The position numbers and the translations under genes were made by a program. A model generated the notes under the pieces. It ran no database searches. It was not told the origin of the DNA and saw only the letters and a program-made list of their open reading frames with translations. A stretch of DNA of 64,000 bases from Candidatus Krumholzibacteriia bacterium (lineage in GTDB: Bacteria; Krumholzibacteriota; Krumholzibacteriia; JAJRXK01), in NCBI GenBank assembly GCA_041484665.1, contig JBGPIA010000001.1, positions 576,001 through 640,000 on the forward strand, written 5' to 3'. Shown here piece after piece: positions 18,651 to 27,583 of the stretch; within the stretch, counting starts at the first letter, position 1; the number at the start of each line of letters is the position of its first letter.

Positions 18651-19073
18651 TCAGATGTCCAGCAGCACGAACGCCACGAAGCCCTCGTCGGTGGCCCGCA
18701 CGGAGAGCTCGTGCCACGTGACTGCCTTGACCTCCAGGTGGGCGGCGTGGCGCTGCGGGTCGAAGCGCTCGCCTGCCACCTGCGCGCGCAACGCCGTGCC
18801 GGCGTGGGTCACCTCGACCTCGAAGTGGCCGTACATCTCGCCGTGGATCTGATGGAGGCTGTTGAGCTCCTCGAGCCACTCGTGGAGCAGCTCGGCGGCT
18901 CCGGCGGCCCGCAGACGCAGGTCGCGCGTCAGCGCCGGCTGCACGGAGCCCGGCTCGCCGATCACCGAGAAGAGACCGAGCGCCATCTGCACGAAGAGCT
19001 GCCCCAGATCGGGTGCGCGGCCGCGGATCCCGAGGTCGGCAGTGTGGTCGACCAGCTCGAAGCTGGGCTGCAT
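18651..19073 (-). CDS. Archease (RtcB cofactor)
   Basis: 'FELVDHTADLG', 'GERFD', 'EVKAVTWH', C-terminal 'LLDI'; directly upstream of rtcB. Confidence 0.93.
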   Translation of the reverse strand: MQPSFELVDHTADLGIRGRAPDLGQLFVQMALGLFSVIGEPGSVQPALTRDLRLRAAGAAELLHEWLEELNSLHQIHGEMYGHFEVEVTHAGTALRAQVAGERFDPQRHAAHLEVKAVTWHELSVRATDEGFVAFVLLDI

Positions 19074-19230
19074 GAGCTGAGCTTCCCCAGGCGCATCGAG
19101 GAGTGTGCGGACACCGGTCGCGGCCCTGCGGGCGCCGCGCCCCCACGCTCAAGAGTAGTCCGCGGCGGGGTCGCTGACCAAGGTCAACCGCCCGGCCCCG
19201 CGACCCACGAGCGAGGGACCCCACACAACG

Positions 19231-19258
19231 AGCGAGGGGCCCGCAGAGGCCCCTCGCT
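19231..19258 (-). terminator. GC-rich hairpin, likely terminator of the two upstream minus-strand genes
   Basis: Perfect 11-bp stem AGCGAGGGGCC-cgcaga-GGCCCCTCGCT, about 70 nt past the stop at 19330; U-tract is weak. Confidence 0.55.
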
Positions 19259-19329
19259 GCCAGCGTCGGTCGGTCTGCGCGCCAATCGTGCGCCACGGGG
19301 GGCGCACGCCGCGCAGGCAAGGGTGCGGC

Positions 19330-19950
19330 CTAGGGCTGGTAGTCGCCCTTGACGCGGCCCCAGCTCTTGAGCTCGTTGGGAATGATCGGCGACTGGGGCT
19401 CCACCTTGCCATCCCAGTTCTCGTCGTAGCCGGCCACGACGAACTCGGGACGGCGGCTGATCCCCGTGACGAACGCCCAGCCGAGACGGTCGGAGGGCGA
19501 GATCAGGGCGATCTGCGTCCCGCCGGTCCAGTCTGTCAGCCCGTTGGCCGTGCCCAGGGTGGGCAGGACCAGCGTACGGTTCAGCGTCCGCAGGACGCCG
19601 ATCAGGATCTGGGTGCCGTCGGTGAAGGTCGCCGGATTGGAATAGTCGGCCGGCGTCGCGTTGTCCTCGTACAGGACGATCGCCCCGTTCAAGTACTGCT
19701 GCGTGGGGGACCCGGCCACCCAGGTCAGGTTCGTCACCACCAGCGTGTACTGGAAATTGGCGAAGTCCAGCGGGATCGGCGTCGGCACCTGGTTGTTGTT
19801 GGTGACGATGCTGTACATGGTGAGCGTCCCGCCCACCTGGGCCGGCACGCGGGCCTGCCCGTTGAAGTCAAAGAACTGCTGAGCCTGGGCCGCAACCGGC
19901 ACGACCGCCAGAACGACCGCGGCGAGAAGCAGCGACTGCATTCTCTTCAT
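19330..19950 (-). CDS. Secreted hypothetical protein with C-terminal 'SWGRVKGDY' motif
   Basis: GGAGG RBS; signal peptide ending AQA; 'LYEDNATPADY...TFTDGT'; paralog of the neighbouring gene. Confidence 0.85.
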   Translation of the reverse strand: MKRMQSLLLAAVVLAVVPVAAQAQQFFDFNGQARVPAQVGGTLTMYSIVTNNNQVPTPIPLDFANFQYTLVVTNLTWVAGSPTQQYLNGAIVLYEDNATPADYSNPATFTDGTQILIGVLRTLNRTLVLPTLGTANGLTDWTGGTQIALISPSDRLGWAFVTGISRRPEFVVAGYDENWDGKVEPQSPIIPNELKSWGRVKGDYQP

Positions 19951-20002
19951 CTGCTAGTCCTCCGGTCGTCAACACCTTCCGGTGTGACGGAAGTGGTTTC
20001 GG

Positions 20003-20668
20003 TCAGTTCCGGTAGAGCGCCTTGAGAGCGCCCCAGCCCGTGGTCTCACGCGGAACGGCCCGGTTGACCTCCAAGGTCCCATCGATCTGGAGGTCGTAGC
20101 CTTCGAGCACCTGCGCTCCGGTGCCGCGCGTGAACGCGCCGCCGAAGGTGTAGGCACAGCCACTGCACAGCTGCACGGCAGAGCCGCCGACGCCGTCGAG
20201 GTTGCCCTCGTACGTGCCGGCCCCGGGGCCGGTGAAGATCAGCGTGAAGCTGGTGAAGGCACCGCGGAACAGGAGCGTCCCGTCGGTGAATGTTGAGGGA
20301 ACCGAGCCGTTAGGAGGAAACGTTCCCCAATCACGGTTGCGGGCGGGATCGGAGTAGAGCTCGAGGGTGCCGCCGTTGTAGCTGATGATCGTCCAGCCGG
20401 TGTTCACATCGGTGAACTCGCCGGCGCTCGTCAGCCCGTAGATGAAGATCGTGGCTTCCTCGCTCGCGAGATTGACCCCGAACATGGGATCGATCACGTC
20501 GGCGACCGCCGCGATCTGGAGCGCGTCACCGACGTTGCTGGGCGGAACGCCCCCGCTCTCCCACCCGTACCCGACGTAGTCGACGATGGCCGTCTGGGCC
20601 AGCGCAGGGCTTGCTGCGAGAGCGCCGGCGACGAGCGCCGCCAGCACTTTCAATAGCGTTTTGGTCAT
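20003..20668 (-). CDS. Secreted hypothetical protein with C-terminal 'GWGALKALYR' motif
   Basis: GGGAGG RBS 10 nt before ATG 20668; signal peptide ending ALA; 'LYSDPARNRDW...TFTDGT'. Confidence 0.85.
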   Translation of the reverse strand: MTKTLLKVLAALVAGALAASPALAQTAIVDYVGYGWESGGVPPSNVGDALQIAAVADVIDPMFGVNLASEEATIFIYGLTSAGEFTDVNTGWTIISYNGGTLELYSDPARNRDWGTFPPNGSVPSTFTDGTLLFRGAFTSFTLIFTGPGAGTYEGNLDGVGGSAVQLCSGCAYTFGGAFTRGTGAQVLEGYDLQIDGTLEVNRAVPRETTGWGALKALYRN

Positions 20669-21077
20669 GCGTCCCATACCTCCCGTGCGACCTGGACATC
20701 CCCGCTGCGAGAGAACGGACGGGTCCCCTCCAGCGATCGGGATGAGCTGTAGTGTCGATCGGCGTCTCCGGCCGGCGGATGCCGTGCGCAGCCAGAGGTT
20801 GAGAGCAAGGTTGTCGTTCCCGCGGACGAGTCTCGAGGAGGGAGCGGCGATGCCGCGCCCGAGGGAGCAAGACGACGGAGCGCCCGGTGTCGTCTACGAA
20901 GGAGTTTAGCACGGGACGGAATCCCGCGGAAGTTCCGGATTTGTGAACGGTCGCGCATTCCTTTCACCCTCGACGGGCGACGCGCTTCGCGGCATCCCGC
21001 GTCGGCCACGAGGCGAGCGGATGGCGCTACCGCAGGCGGCCGGCGCTCAGAGGCCCCGCGTCTGAGCATCCGGGCGC

Positions 21078-22058
21078 CTAGATCCGGCCGATGAAGTGGG
21101 TCCCCCCCCGCCCCTCGATCGCATCGCCGAGGCTGTCGGGATTCGTGATCAGCGCGCGCACTCCGCCGCGGCGGAGGAACTCGATCACCGCGTCGATCTT
21201 CGGTCCCATGCTGCCCGGGGGGAAATGACCCTGGTCTCGCAACTCCTCGATCTCGCGCAGGGTGACCGCCCCCAGCGCACGCTGCTGCGGTGTGTTGAAT
21301 CCGGCGTAGACCTGGGCGACGGCGGTGAGGACGATGAAGAGGTCGGCGCCGATCTCGGTGGCCAGGATGCTGCTCGTGAGGTCCTTGTCGATCACGGCCT
21401 CGATGCCCTTGTAGTCGCCGGAAGCGTCGTCCTCGACGATGGGGATTCCGCCGCCGCCGCCAGCCAGGACGATGTGCCCCTGCCGCGCCGCATCCTGGAT
21501 CGTGTGGCGCTGGATGACCTTGATCGGAGCCGGGGACGGCACCAACCGCCGCCAGCCGCGGCCAGCGTCCTCCTTGACCATCCAACCGAGCGTGGCAGCG
21601 CGCTTGCGCGCCTCGGCCTCGCTCAGGAAGGGCCCGATGGGCTTGCTGGGCCGCTGAAACGCCGGGTCCTTGCCGTCCACGAGCACCTGGGTGACGACGG
21701 TGAGCACGTAGCGGCGAATCCCCCTGCGCCGCAGCTGATTCAGCAGCGCCTGCTGCAGGATGTAGCCGAGGCTGCCCTCCGTCTGCGCCACGAGGACATC
21801 CAGCGGCATGGCGGGGATCTCCTTCTGCGTCAGCTCCTGCTGCAGCAGAAGATTGCCGACCTGCGGGCCGTTGCCGTGCGTGAGGACCAGGTTGTAGCCG
21901 CGGTCCACCAGCGTCATGAGCAGCTCGCACAGGTGGTGCGCGTTGCGCTCGTGCTCTTCGATCGTGCCGCTCTCGCCCGCCTCCATGAAGGCGTGCCCAC
22001 CCACGGCGACCAGCGCGATCGGATTCTCCTTCTGGGACGCTGTCGCGGTGCTCGCCAT
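21078..22058 (-). CDS. arcC: Carbamate kinase
   Basis: 'THGNGPQVG', 'PSKPIGP', 'GWRRLVPSP', 'GGGGIP', 'EAVIDKD', 'GSMGPK'; [11 protein letters not shown]. Confidence 0.95.
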   Translation of the reverse strand: MASTATASQKENPIALVAVGGHAFMEAGESGTIEEHERNAHHLCELLMTLVDRGYNLVLTHGNGPQVGNLLLQQELTQKEIPAMPLDVLVAQTEGSLGYILQQALLNQLRRRGIRRYVLTVVTQVLVDGKDPAFQRPSKPIGPFLSEAEARKRAATLGWMVKEDAGRGWRRLVPSPAPIKVIQRHTIQDAARQGHIVLAGGGGGIPIVEDDASGDYKGIEAVIDKDLTSSILATEIGADLFIVLTAVAQVYAGFNTPQQRALGAVTLREIEELRDQGHFPPGSMGPKIDAVIEFLRRGGVRALITNPDSLGDAIEGRGGTHFIGRI

Positions 22059-22470
22059 GACCCCTCCCGGCCCTGCGCCCGTCGTGTGCGGTTTTGCGGT
22101 CGGGACATGGTACGGGAAAGCGCCGGGCGTTGCACCGCTGGAGTCGCGCAGGCTGCGCGCGGTGCCCACCGGCGGCTTGCTGGGCCATCTTCATGGTCGG
22201 CCAGAGCCCCGCTGGGCCCGCCCTCTGCTGGGGCGGCGACTCGTGGCGGCCGCGCCGGGCGAGACCGGCAGGTCTGCGGCGCGGCCCTGCGCGCTCGCGC
22301 GCCGGCCCCCCGGCGCGGCCCGACCTCGCCCCGCGTCGGGCGGCCGCCTCCAGCGCGCTTGCCAGCGAGCCCGCGGCAGAGCTTGATTGTGGCCGGGGGC
22401 GAACGCCAGTGTGGTTGGACGAGCTCGAATGTGGCCGCGCGAGCTCGAGCGTGGCCTGGGAGGTGCACCC

Positions 22471-23556
22471 ATGAGTCGAACGACAGACGCCGCCAGCCTG
22501 CGCGCGGTGCTGGCGCAGCGCACCGCCGACGCCGACCCCGCGCTGATCGAAGACCTGGGCGAGGGCGCGCTGCGCTGCCTCGCCTGCGGCCACCGCTGCA
22601 AGGTCGGCGACGGGAAGCGAGGCATTTGCCAGGTGCGTTTCAACGAGGGCGGCCGGCTGCGGGTGCCGTGGGGCTACGTGGCCGGGCTGCAGCTGGATCC
22701 CATCGAGAAGAAACCGTTCTTCCACGCCTTCCCGGGCGAGGGCGCCCTCTCCTTCGGGATGATGGGCTGCGACCTCCACTGCGCCTACTGCCAGAACTGG
22801 GTCACCAGCCAGGCGCTGCGTGACGATGAGGCCGTTTCGTCCGTGCGCGCCGTGACCCCCCGGCAGGTCGTGGATCTGGCGCAGCACCATGGCAGCCGCG
22901 TGCTGGTCAGCACGTACAACGAGCCGCTCATCACCAGTGAGTGGGCCGCCGCCGTCTTTCGCGAGGGCAAGGCGCGCGGCATGACCTGCGCCTACGTGAG
23001 CAATGGCAACGGCACGCCGGAGGTGCTCGACTACCTGCGACCGCTGGTGGACTTGTACAAAGTCGACCTCAAGGGTTTCGACGACCGCCGCTATCGCCAG
23101 CTGGGCGGCGTGCTCGCCAACGTCCTGCGCACGATCGAGCAGCTCAAGGCGCGCGGATTCTGGATCGAGGTCGTGACGCTGGTGATCCCGGGCTTCAATG
23201 ACGGCGAAACGGAGCTGCGCGGCATCGCGGAGTTCCTCGCCGGGATCGGGCGCGAGATCCCCTGGCACGTGACGGCGTTCCATCCCGACTACAAGATGGG
23301 TGACACGCAGGCCACCAGCGCGCAGACGCTGCTGCGCGCCTACGAGCTGGGCAAGGCCGCCGGCCTGTGGTTCGTCTATCCGGGGAACCTGCCCGGCCGC
23401 GTCGGTGACGGTGAATCCACCTTCTGCCCGCGCTGCAACGCGCTCCTGATCGCCCGCCTGGGCTTCCGCGTGATGAGTAATCGCGTGCAGGGCGGACGCT
23501 GTCCCGACTGCGCGTTCGAAGTGCCCGGGGTGTGGAGCCGGCGCCCGGAGGCCTGA
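22471..23556 (+). CDS. amrS: AmmeMemoRadiSam system radical SAM enzyme
   Basis: GGAGG RBS; 'CLACGHRC', 'DPIEKKPFFH', 'GCDLHCAYCQNW', 'TYNEP', 'FHPDYKM', 'TFCPRC'. Confidence 0.93.
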   Translation: MSRTTDAASLRAVLAQRTADADPALIEDLGEGALRCLACGHRCKVGDGKRGICQVRFNEGGRLRVPWGYVAGLQLDPIEKKPFFHAFPGEGALSFGMMGCDLHCAYCQNWVTSQALRDDEAVSSVRAVTPRQVVDLAQHHGSRVLVSTYNEPLITSEWAAAVFREGKARGMTCAYVSNGNGTPEVLDYLRPLVDLYKVDLKGFDDRRYRQLGGVLANVLRTIEQLKARGFWIEVVTLVIPGFNDGETELRGIAEFLAGIGREIPWHVTAFHPDYKMGDTQATSAQTLLRAYELGKAAGLWFVYPGNLPGRVGDGESTFCPRCNALLIARLGFRVMSNRVQGGRCPDCAFEVPGVWSRRPEA

Positions 23557-23571
23557 GCGCACCCAACCCCG

Positions 23572-25875
23572 TCAATCCAGCGCGCCGCCGCCTGCCTCGC
23601 CCGAGCGCGCCGCACCGGCACCCGCCAGCCGCTCCGCCAGCCAGGTCATCCGCCGCTGCCGCGAGGCGTTGCGCACCGCGATGGCCAGCGCTTTGCGGCT
23701 GCCGACCAGCGTCACCAGCTGCTTACCGCGCGTCACCGCCGTATACAGCAGGTTGCGCTGCAGGAGCGCGTAGTGCTGGGTGTGCAGCGGCATGACCACG
23801 GCGGGGTACTCGCTGCCCTGCGCCTTGTGCACCGAGCAAGCGTAGGCCAGCACCAGCTCGTCGAGGTCTGCGCTCTCGTAGTCGACGCGCCGTCCCTCGA
23901 AATCGACGGTGACGCGGTCCGCGTCGATATCGAGATCGGAGATGCGGCCAATGTCGCCGTTGAAGACCTCGAGCCTGTAGTTGTTGCGGGTCTGCATCAC
24001 CTTGTCGCCCACACGGTAGGTGAGGCCGCGGCGCGCGATCCCCGGCCGGTCGGGGTTGAGCAGTTGCTGCAGACGCTCGTTGAGCTGGCGCGCCCCCAGC
24101 TCCCCTTTGTGCATGGGCGTGAGCACCTGGATGTCGTTGAGGGGGTCGAGGCCGAAGCGCCGGGGGATCCGCCGGGCCACCAGCTCCTCCAGCGCCGCGA
24201 GAATCTGGTCCGGCTCGTCGCGCTCGATGAAGAAGAAGTCGCCGGCTTCGTCCCCGGCCTGCTCGCAGGGCATCTGACCGTGGTTGATGCGGTGGGCATT
24301 GACCACGATGCTGCTGCGCTGGGCCTGGCGGAAGATGTGGTCCAGCCGCACCACGTCCACGGCGCGCGAGCGGATCAGATCCGCGAGCACGGCGCCGGGA
24401 CCGACCGAGGGGAGCTGGTCCACGTCGCCGACCAGCACCAGCTGGCAGGACGGTGGCAGCGCCTTGAGCAGGTCGTAGAACAACACAACGTCCACCATGG
24501 AGACCTCGTCGGCGACGACCAAGTCGGCCTCCAGCGGGTGGTCCTGGCGCCGGGCGAACTCCATGGTGCGCGGGCTGAACTCCAGCAGGCGATGGATCGT
24601 GAGCGCGGGCCGGCCGGTCGCCTCGAACAGGCGCCGCGCGGCGCGCCCGGTCGGCGCGCACAGCAGGATGCGCCACCCCTTCCGCTCCAGGATCCGCAGG
24701 ATGGCCGTTACCAGGGTCGTCTTGCCGGTGCCAGGGCCGCCCGTGATTACCACGACCTTGCGCTGCACCGCCAGAGCCACCGCATCCTTCTGACGGTCGG
24801 CGAGCTGCAGGCCAGCCTTGGATTGGAACCACGCGATGGCTCGCGGCAGGTCGATGGCAACCGCCCGGGTCGGCGCGGCCAGCAGCTGGCGCAGCAAACG
24901 CGCGGCGCCGCTCTCGGCCACGTGCAGCGACTTCAAGAACACCCGGGGCACGGGCACGCTACCGGTGTGGGTGCGGGCGACGGCGATCGCGCGGTGGGGC
25001 CCGCTGGGGTCGCCTTCGCGTTGGTCGCGCAGCTCGTCGCCGGCGTGGCCGGCTGGGTCGTCGACAACGTCGGCCTCGCGCACGATCTTGCCCTCGTGCG
25101 CCAGCGTCTCGATCGCCTGCTCGATACGGTGCGCGTCGACCGCGAGCGCCTGCGCCGTGCTCTCCACCAGTCGGTCCTGCGGGCAGAGCACGTGCCCCGC
25201 GTCGGCGTGCTCGGAGAGCATGTGCAGCACGCCGGCGCGAGCCCGGTAGGGCGAGGTAGGAGCGACGCCCAGGCTGGCGGCAATGCGATCGGCCGTCTTG
25301 AACCCGATGCCGAAGATGTCCTCGGCGAGCTGGTAGGGGTTCTCGCGGACCACGGCGATCGAGCGCGGCCCGTAGCGCTTGTAGATCTTCACCGCGTAGG
25401 TGGCCGACACGCCGTGGGCCTGCAGGAAGATCATGACCTCGCGGATCTCCTTCTGCTGGGCCCACGCCTCCTGGATGGCACGCGAGCGCATCGGGCCGAT
25501 CCCGTCGACCTCGGTGAGGCGCTCGCCGTGGCGCTCGATGACGTCGAGAGTCTTCAGGCCGAAGCGGACGACCAGCCGCTCGGCCATGGCCTTGCCGATG
25601 CCCTTCACCAGCCCCGAGCCAAGGTAGCGCTGGATCCCCACCAGCGTCGCGGGGTGCATGGTCACCCAGGACTCCACCCGGAACTGCTGGCCATAGGTGC
25701 GGTCGTTCTGCCAGGTCCCGGTCAGGCGCACGCTCTCCCCAGGGCGCACCCCCAGGAGGTTTCCCACCGCGGTCAACGGCTCGCGCTCGCCCTCGATCAG
25801 CAGGCGGACGACGCTCCAGCCGTCGTCCTCGTTCGCGAAGACGACGCGGTCGAGGATGCCCTCCAGGACGCTCAT
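23572..25875 (-). CDS. recD2: ATP-dependent RecD-like DNA helicase (RecD2)
   Basis: 'YLGSGLVKGIG', 'ENPYQLA..IFGIGFKTAD', Walker A GGPGTGKT, 'GDVDQLPSVGPG', 'HKAQGSEY', 'LLYTAVTR'. Confidence 0.95.
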   Translation of the reverse strand: MSVLEGILDRVVFANEDDGWSVVRLLIEGEREPLTAVGNLLGVRPGESVRLTGTWQNDRTYGQQFRVESWVTMHPATLVGIQRYLGSGLVKGIGKAMAERLVVRFGLKTLDVIERHGERLTEVDGIGPMRSRAIQEAWAQQKEIREVMIFLQAHGVSATYAVKIYKRYGPRSIAVVRENPYQLAEDIFGIGFKTADRIAASLGVAPTSPYRARAGVLHMLSEHADAGHVLCPQDRLVESTAQALAVDAHRIEQAIETLAHEGKIVREADVVDDPAGHAGDELRDQREGDPSGPHRAIAVARTHTGSVPVPRVFLKSLHVAESGAARLLRQLLAAPTRAVAIDLPRAIAWFQSKAGLQLADRQKDAVALAVQRKVVVITGGPGTGKTTLVTAILRILERKGWRILLCAPTGRAARRLFEATGRPALTIHRLLEFSPRTMEFARRQDHPLEADLVVADEVSMVDVVLFYDLLKALPPSCQLVLVGDVDQLPSVGPGAVLADLIRSRAVDVVRLDHIFRQAQRSSIVVNAHRINHGQMPCEQAGDEAGDFFFIERDEPDQILAALEELVARRIPRRFGLDPLNDIQVLTPMHKGELGARQLNERLQQLLNPDRPGIARRGLTYRVGDKVMQTRNNYRLEVFNGDIGRISDLDIDADRVTVDFEGRRVDYESADLDELVLAYACSVHKAQGSEYPAVVMPLHTQHYALLQRNLLYTAVTRGKQLVTLVGSRKALAIAVRNASRQRRMTWLAERLAGAGAARSGEAGGGALD

Positions 25876-26148
25876 CGTGATGTGCTCCGTGGGAGGCGTG
25901 GCAAACCGGCCGGCTCTGACGCCGGGGCACCGGCCCACGCCACGCCCGGCCAAGGCGGTCGCGCGGCCGGCACTACCCTAGCACCATGGAACGGCAAGCG
26001 GCAGGCGCTGCCGCGCTCTACGTCCTATACTATGTGGCGGACACGGCGTCCGCTCCACGCACCCCGGCGTGTGCGGCACGCCGTCGCAAACGAGGAATTC
26101 CCGGGGCCGTGCCACACATGGGCCCGGCGTGACGTGCGCAGGAGGGTC

Positions 26149-26709
26149 ATGAGCCAGGATCCAGCCAAGATCCCCATTCAGGCGCAGGGAACCCCCAACC
26201 CGCGCAGTGTAAAGTTCATCACCGATCGCACCCTGTTGCCCAAGGGCAGCGCCGACTTCCGCGATCCCGAGAGCGCCAAGCGGTCGCCGCTGGCGCGACG
26301 GCTGCTCGACATCGACGGGGTGACCGGAATCTTCCTCTGCCAGAACTTCGTCACGGTGACGGCGGGCGACCAGGACGACTGGCAGGAGCTGGCGCCGCGG
26401 GTCGCCACTGCGCTGCGGGAGTTCCTCGCGGCCGGCGAGCCGGCGCTCGAGGGCGAGCTCGACGCGCATGGCGCCGGCGAAACCGAAGCCGAGAAGCGCA
26501 TCAAGGACATCCTGGACCAGCAGATCCGTCCGGCCGTGGCGATGGACGGTGGCGATGTGATCTTCGTGGACTACCGAGGCGGTGTGGTTTACCTGCGCAT
26601 GCAGGGCGCCTGCGGCGGTTGTCCTAGCTCCAGCGCGACGCTCAAGGCAGGGATCGAGGCGCGCCTGCGCCACTACCTCCCCGAGATCATGGCCGTCGAG
26701 GCGGTCTAG
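26149..26709 (+). CDS. NifU/Nfu-family Fe-S cluster carrier (Nfu_N + NifU_C)
   Basis: AGGAGG RBS; 'TPNPRSVKF', 'SPLARRL', 'IRPAVAMDGGD', 'GACGGCPSS'. Confidence 0.93.
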   Translation: MSQDPAKIPIQAQGTPNPRSVKFITDRTLLPKGSADFRDPESAKRSPLARRLLDIDGVTGIFLCQNFVTVTAGDQDDWQELAPRVATALREFLAAGEPALEGELDAHGAGETEAEKRIKDILDQQIRPAVAMDGGDVIFVDYRGGVVYLRMQGACGGCPSSSATLKAGIEARLRHYLPEIMAVEAV

Positions 26710-26930
26710 GCGCTCACGGGCGATCGACGCGGCCGCGCGGCCGCCGGGCCCCCCGAGGCTCGCCCGTGCATTCAGGAAGGCCGCCCGCACCCTTTTGCCT
26801 TCCCCCCCCGATTGCGTCATCGCCGCGGACCACCGCGGGCGGTGGTCAGGGCGTTGCAGGTCCTTTCCCGTGCTGCCGTCAGGGGCTGCGTTGCACCCCC
26901 GCCCGGTGACGGGACCCCGCCAAGGCCGCG

Positions 26931-26946
26931 CGGCACCGGGCATGCA
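26931..26946 (+). promoter_or_regulatory. Putative sigma54 (-24/-12) promoter of the pilin gene
   Basis: CGGCAC-cgggc-ATGCA; GG 26932-33 and GC 26944-45 are exactly N10 apart. Confidence 0.55.
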
Positions 26947-26992
26947 TGATGCGCCAGGCGTGGGGGTTGGTTCGGCCTCGGGAGGTCCGACC

Positions 26993-27385
26993 ATGTCTGC
27001 CGCTTCGCGCGGTGAGCGTGGATTCACGCTCATCGAGTTGATGATCGTCACGGTGATCCTCGGGCTTCTGCTCACGATCGCGATTCCCAATTTCAACCGC
27101 ATTCGCCAGCGGGCCTACGAAGCTACGATGAAGAGCGACCTGCACGCAGCCTTCATCTGCATCGAGGATTACCGTGTGCAGAACGCCCTGAACCTCCCGC
27201 CGACCTCGGCGGCGCTGGAGGCGACCACCGACATGCAGCTCTCCCCGCACGTACTGTGGGATCGATTCGCGCCGGGTCAGCGCAACGGCATTCCGTCGGT
27301 GGACATCACGCTGGCCCACGAACGCACGACGTCCAAGTGGGGCAGCTGGTATCCGTCCGACCCCACCTTCATCGAAGCCCGCTAG
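26993..27385 (+). CDS. Type IV pilin / pseudopilin-like protein
   Basis: GGAGG RBS; class III signal 'RGERG|FTLIELMIVTVILGLLLTIAIPNF' with E5. Confidence 0.9.
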   Translation: MSAASRGERGFTLIELMIVTVILGLLLTIAIPNFNRIRQRAYEATMKSDLHAAFICIEDYRVQNALNLPPTSAALEATTDMQLSPHVLWDRFAPGQRNGIPSVDITLAHERTTSKWGSWYPSDPTFIEAR

Positions 27386-27583
27386 GGCGTTCGCCCGCGC
27401 TGGGCGCCGGGATCCGCAGCTTGGCCCGCCGCGCCGGATGGAGCGGCGGGCTTTGCGTTCGCCCGCGGGCCACGCCAGAACCACGACCGCCGCCATCGCC
27501 CTGGCCCGCGCGGGCCGTCTCGGCTATCGTCTGCCCTCGCCCCATGGGGCCACCGCTGTAAGTCGGCCACCCTTCCGCGGACC

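Noticed and set aside
20678..21077. ncRNA or small gene in the 400-bp gap upstream of the WGxxKxxY genes
   Set aside because: No recognisable RNA family or convincing ORF; only a possible minus-strand extended -10 (TGCTAAACT) near 20903-20911.
20665..23562. 965-aa minus-strand ORF and many other long antisense or alternate-frame ORFs (e.g. 27524-29590, 42948-44978, 54336-56060)
   Set aside because: Shadows of real genes, expected at high GC; no recognisable motifs.
23773..26148. Large N-terminal extension on the Nfu ORF (978 aa)
   Set aside because: Antisense to recD2; Nfu has its own AGGAGG and ATG at 26149.
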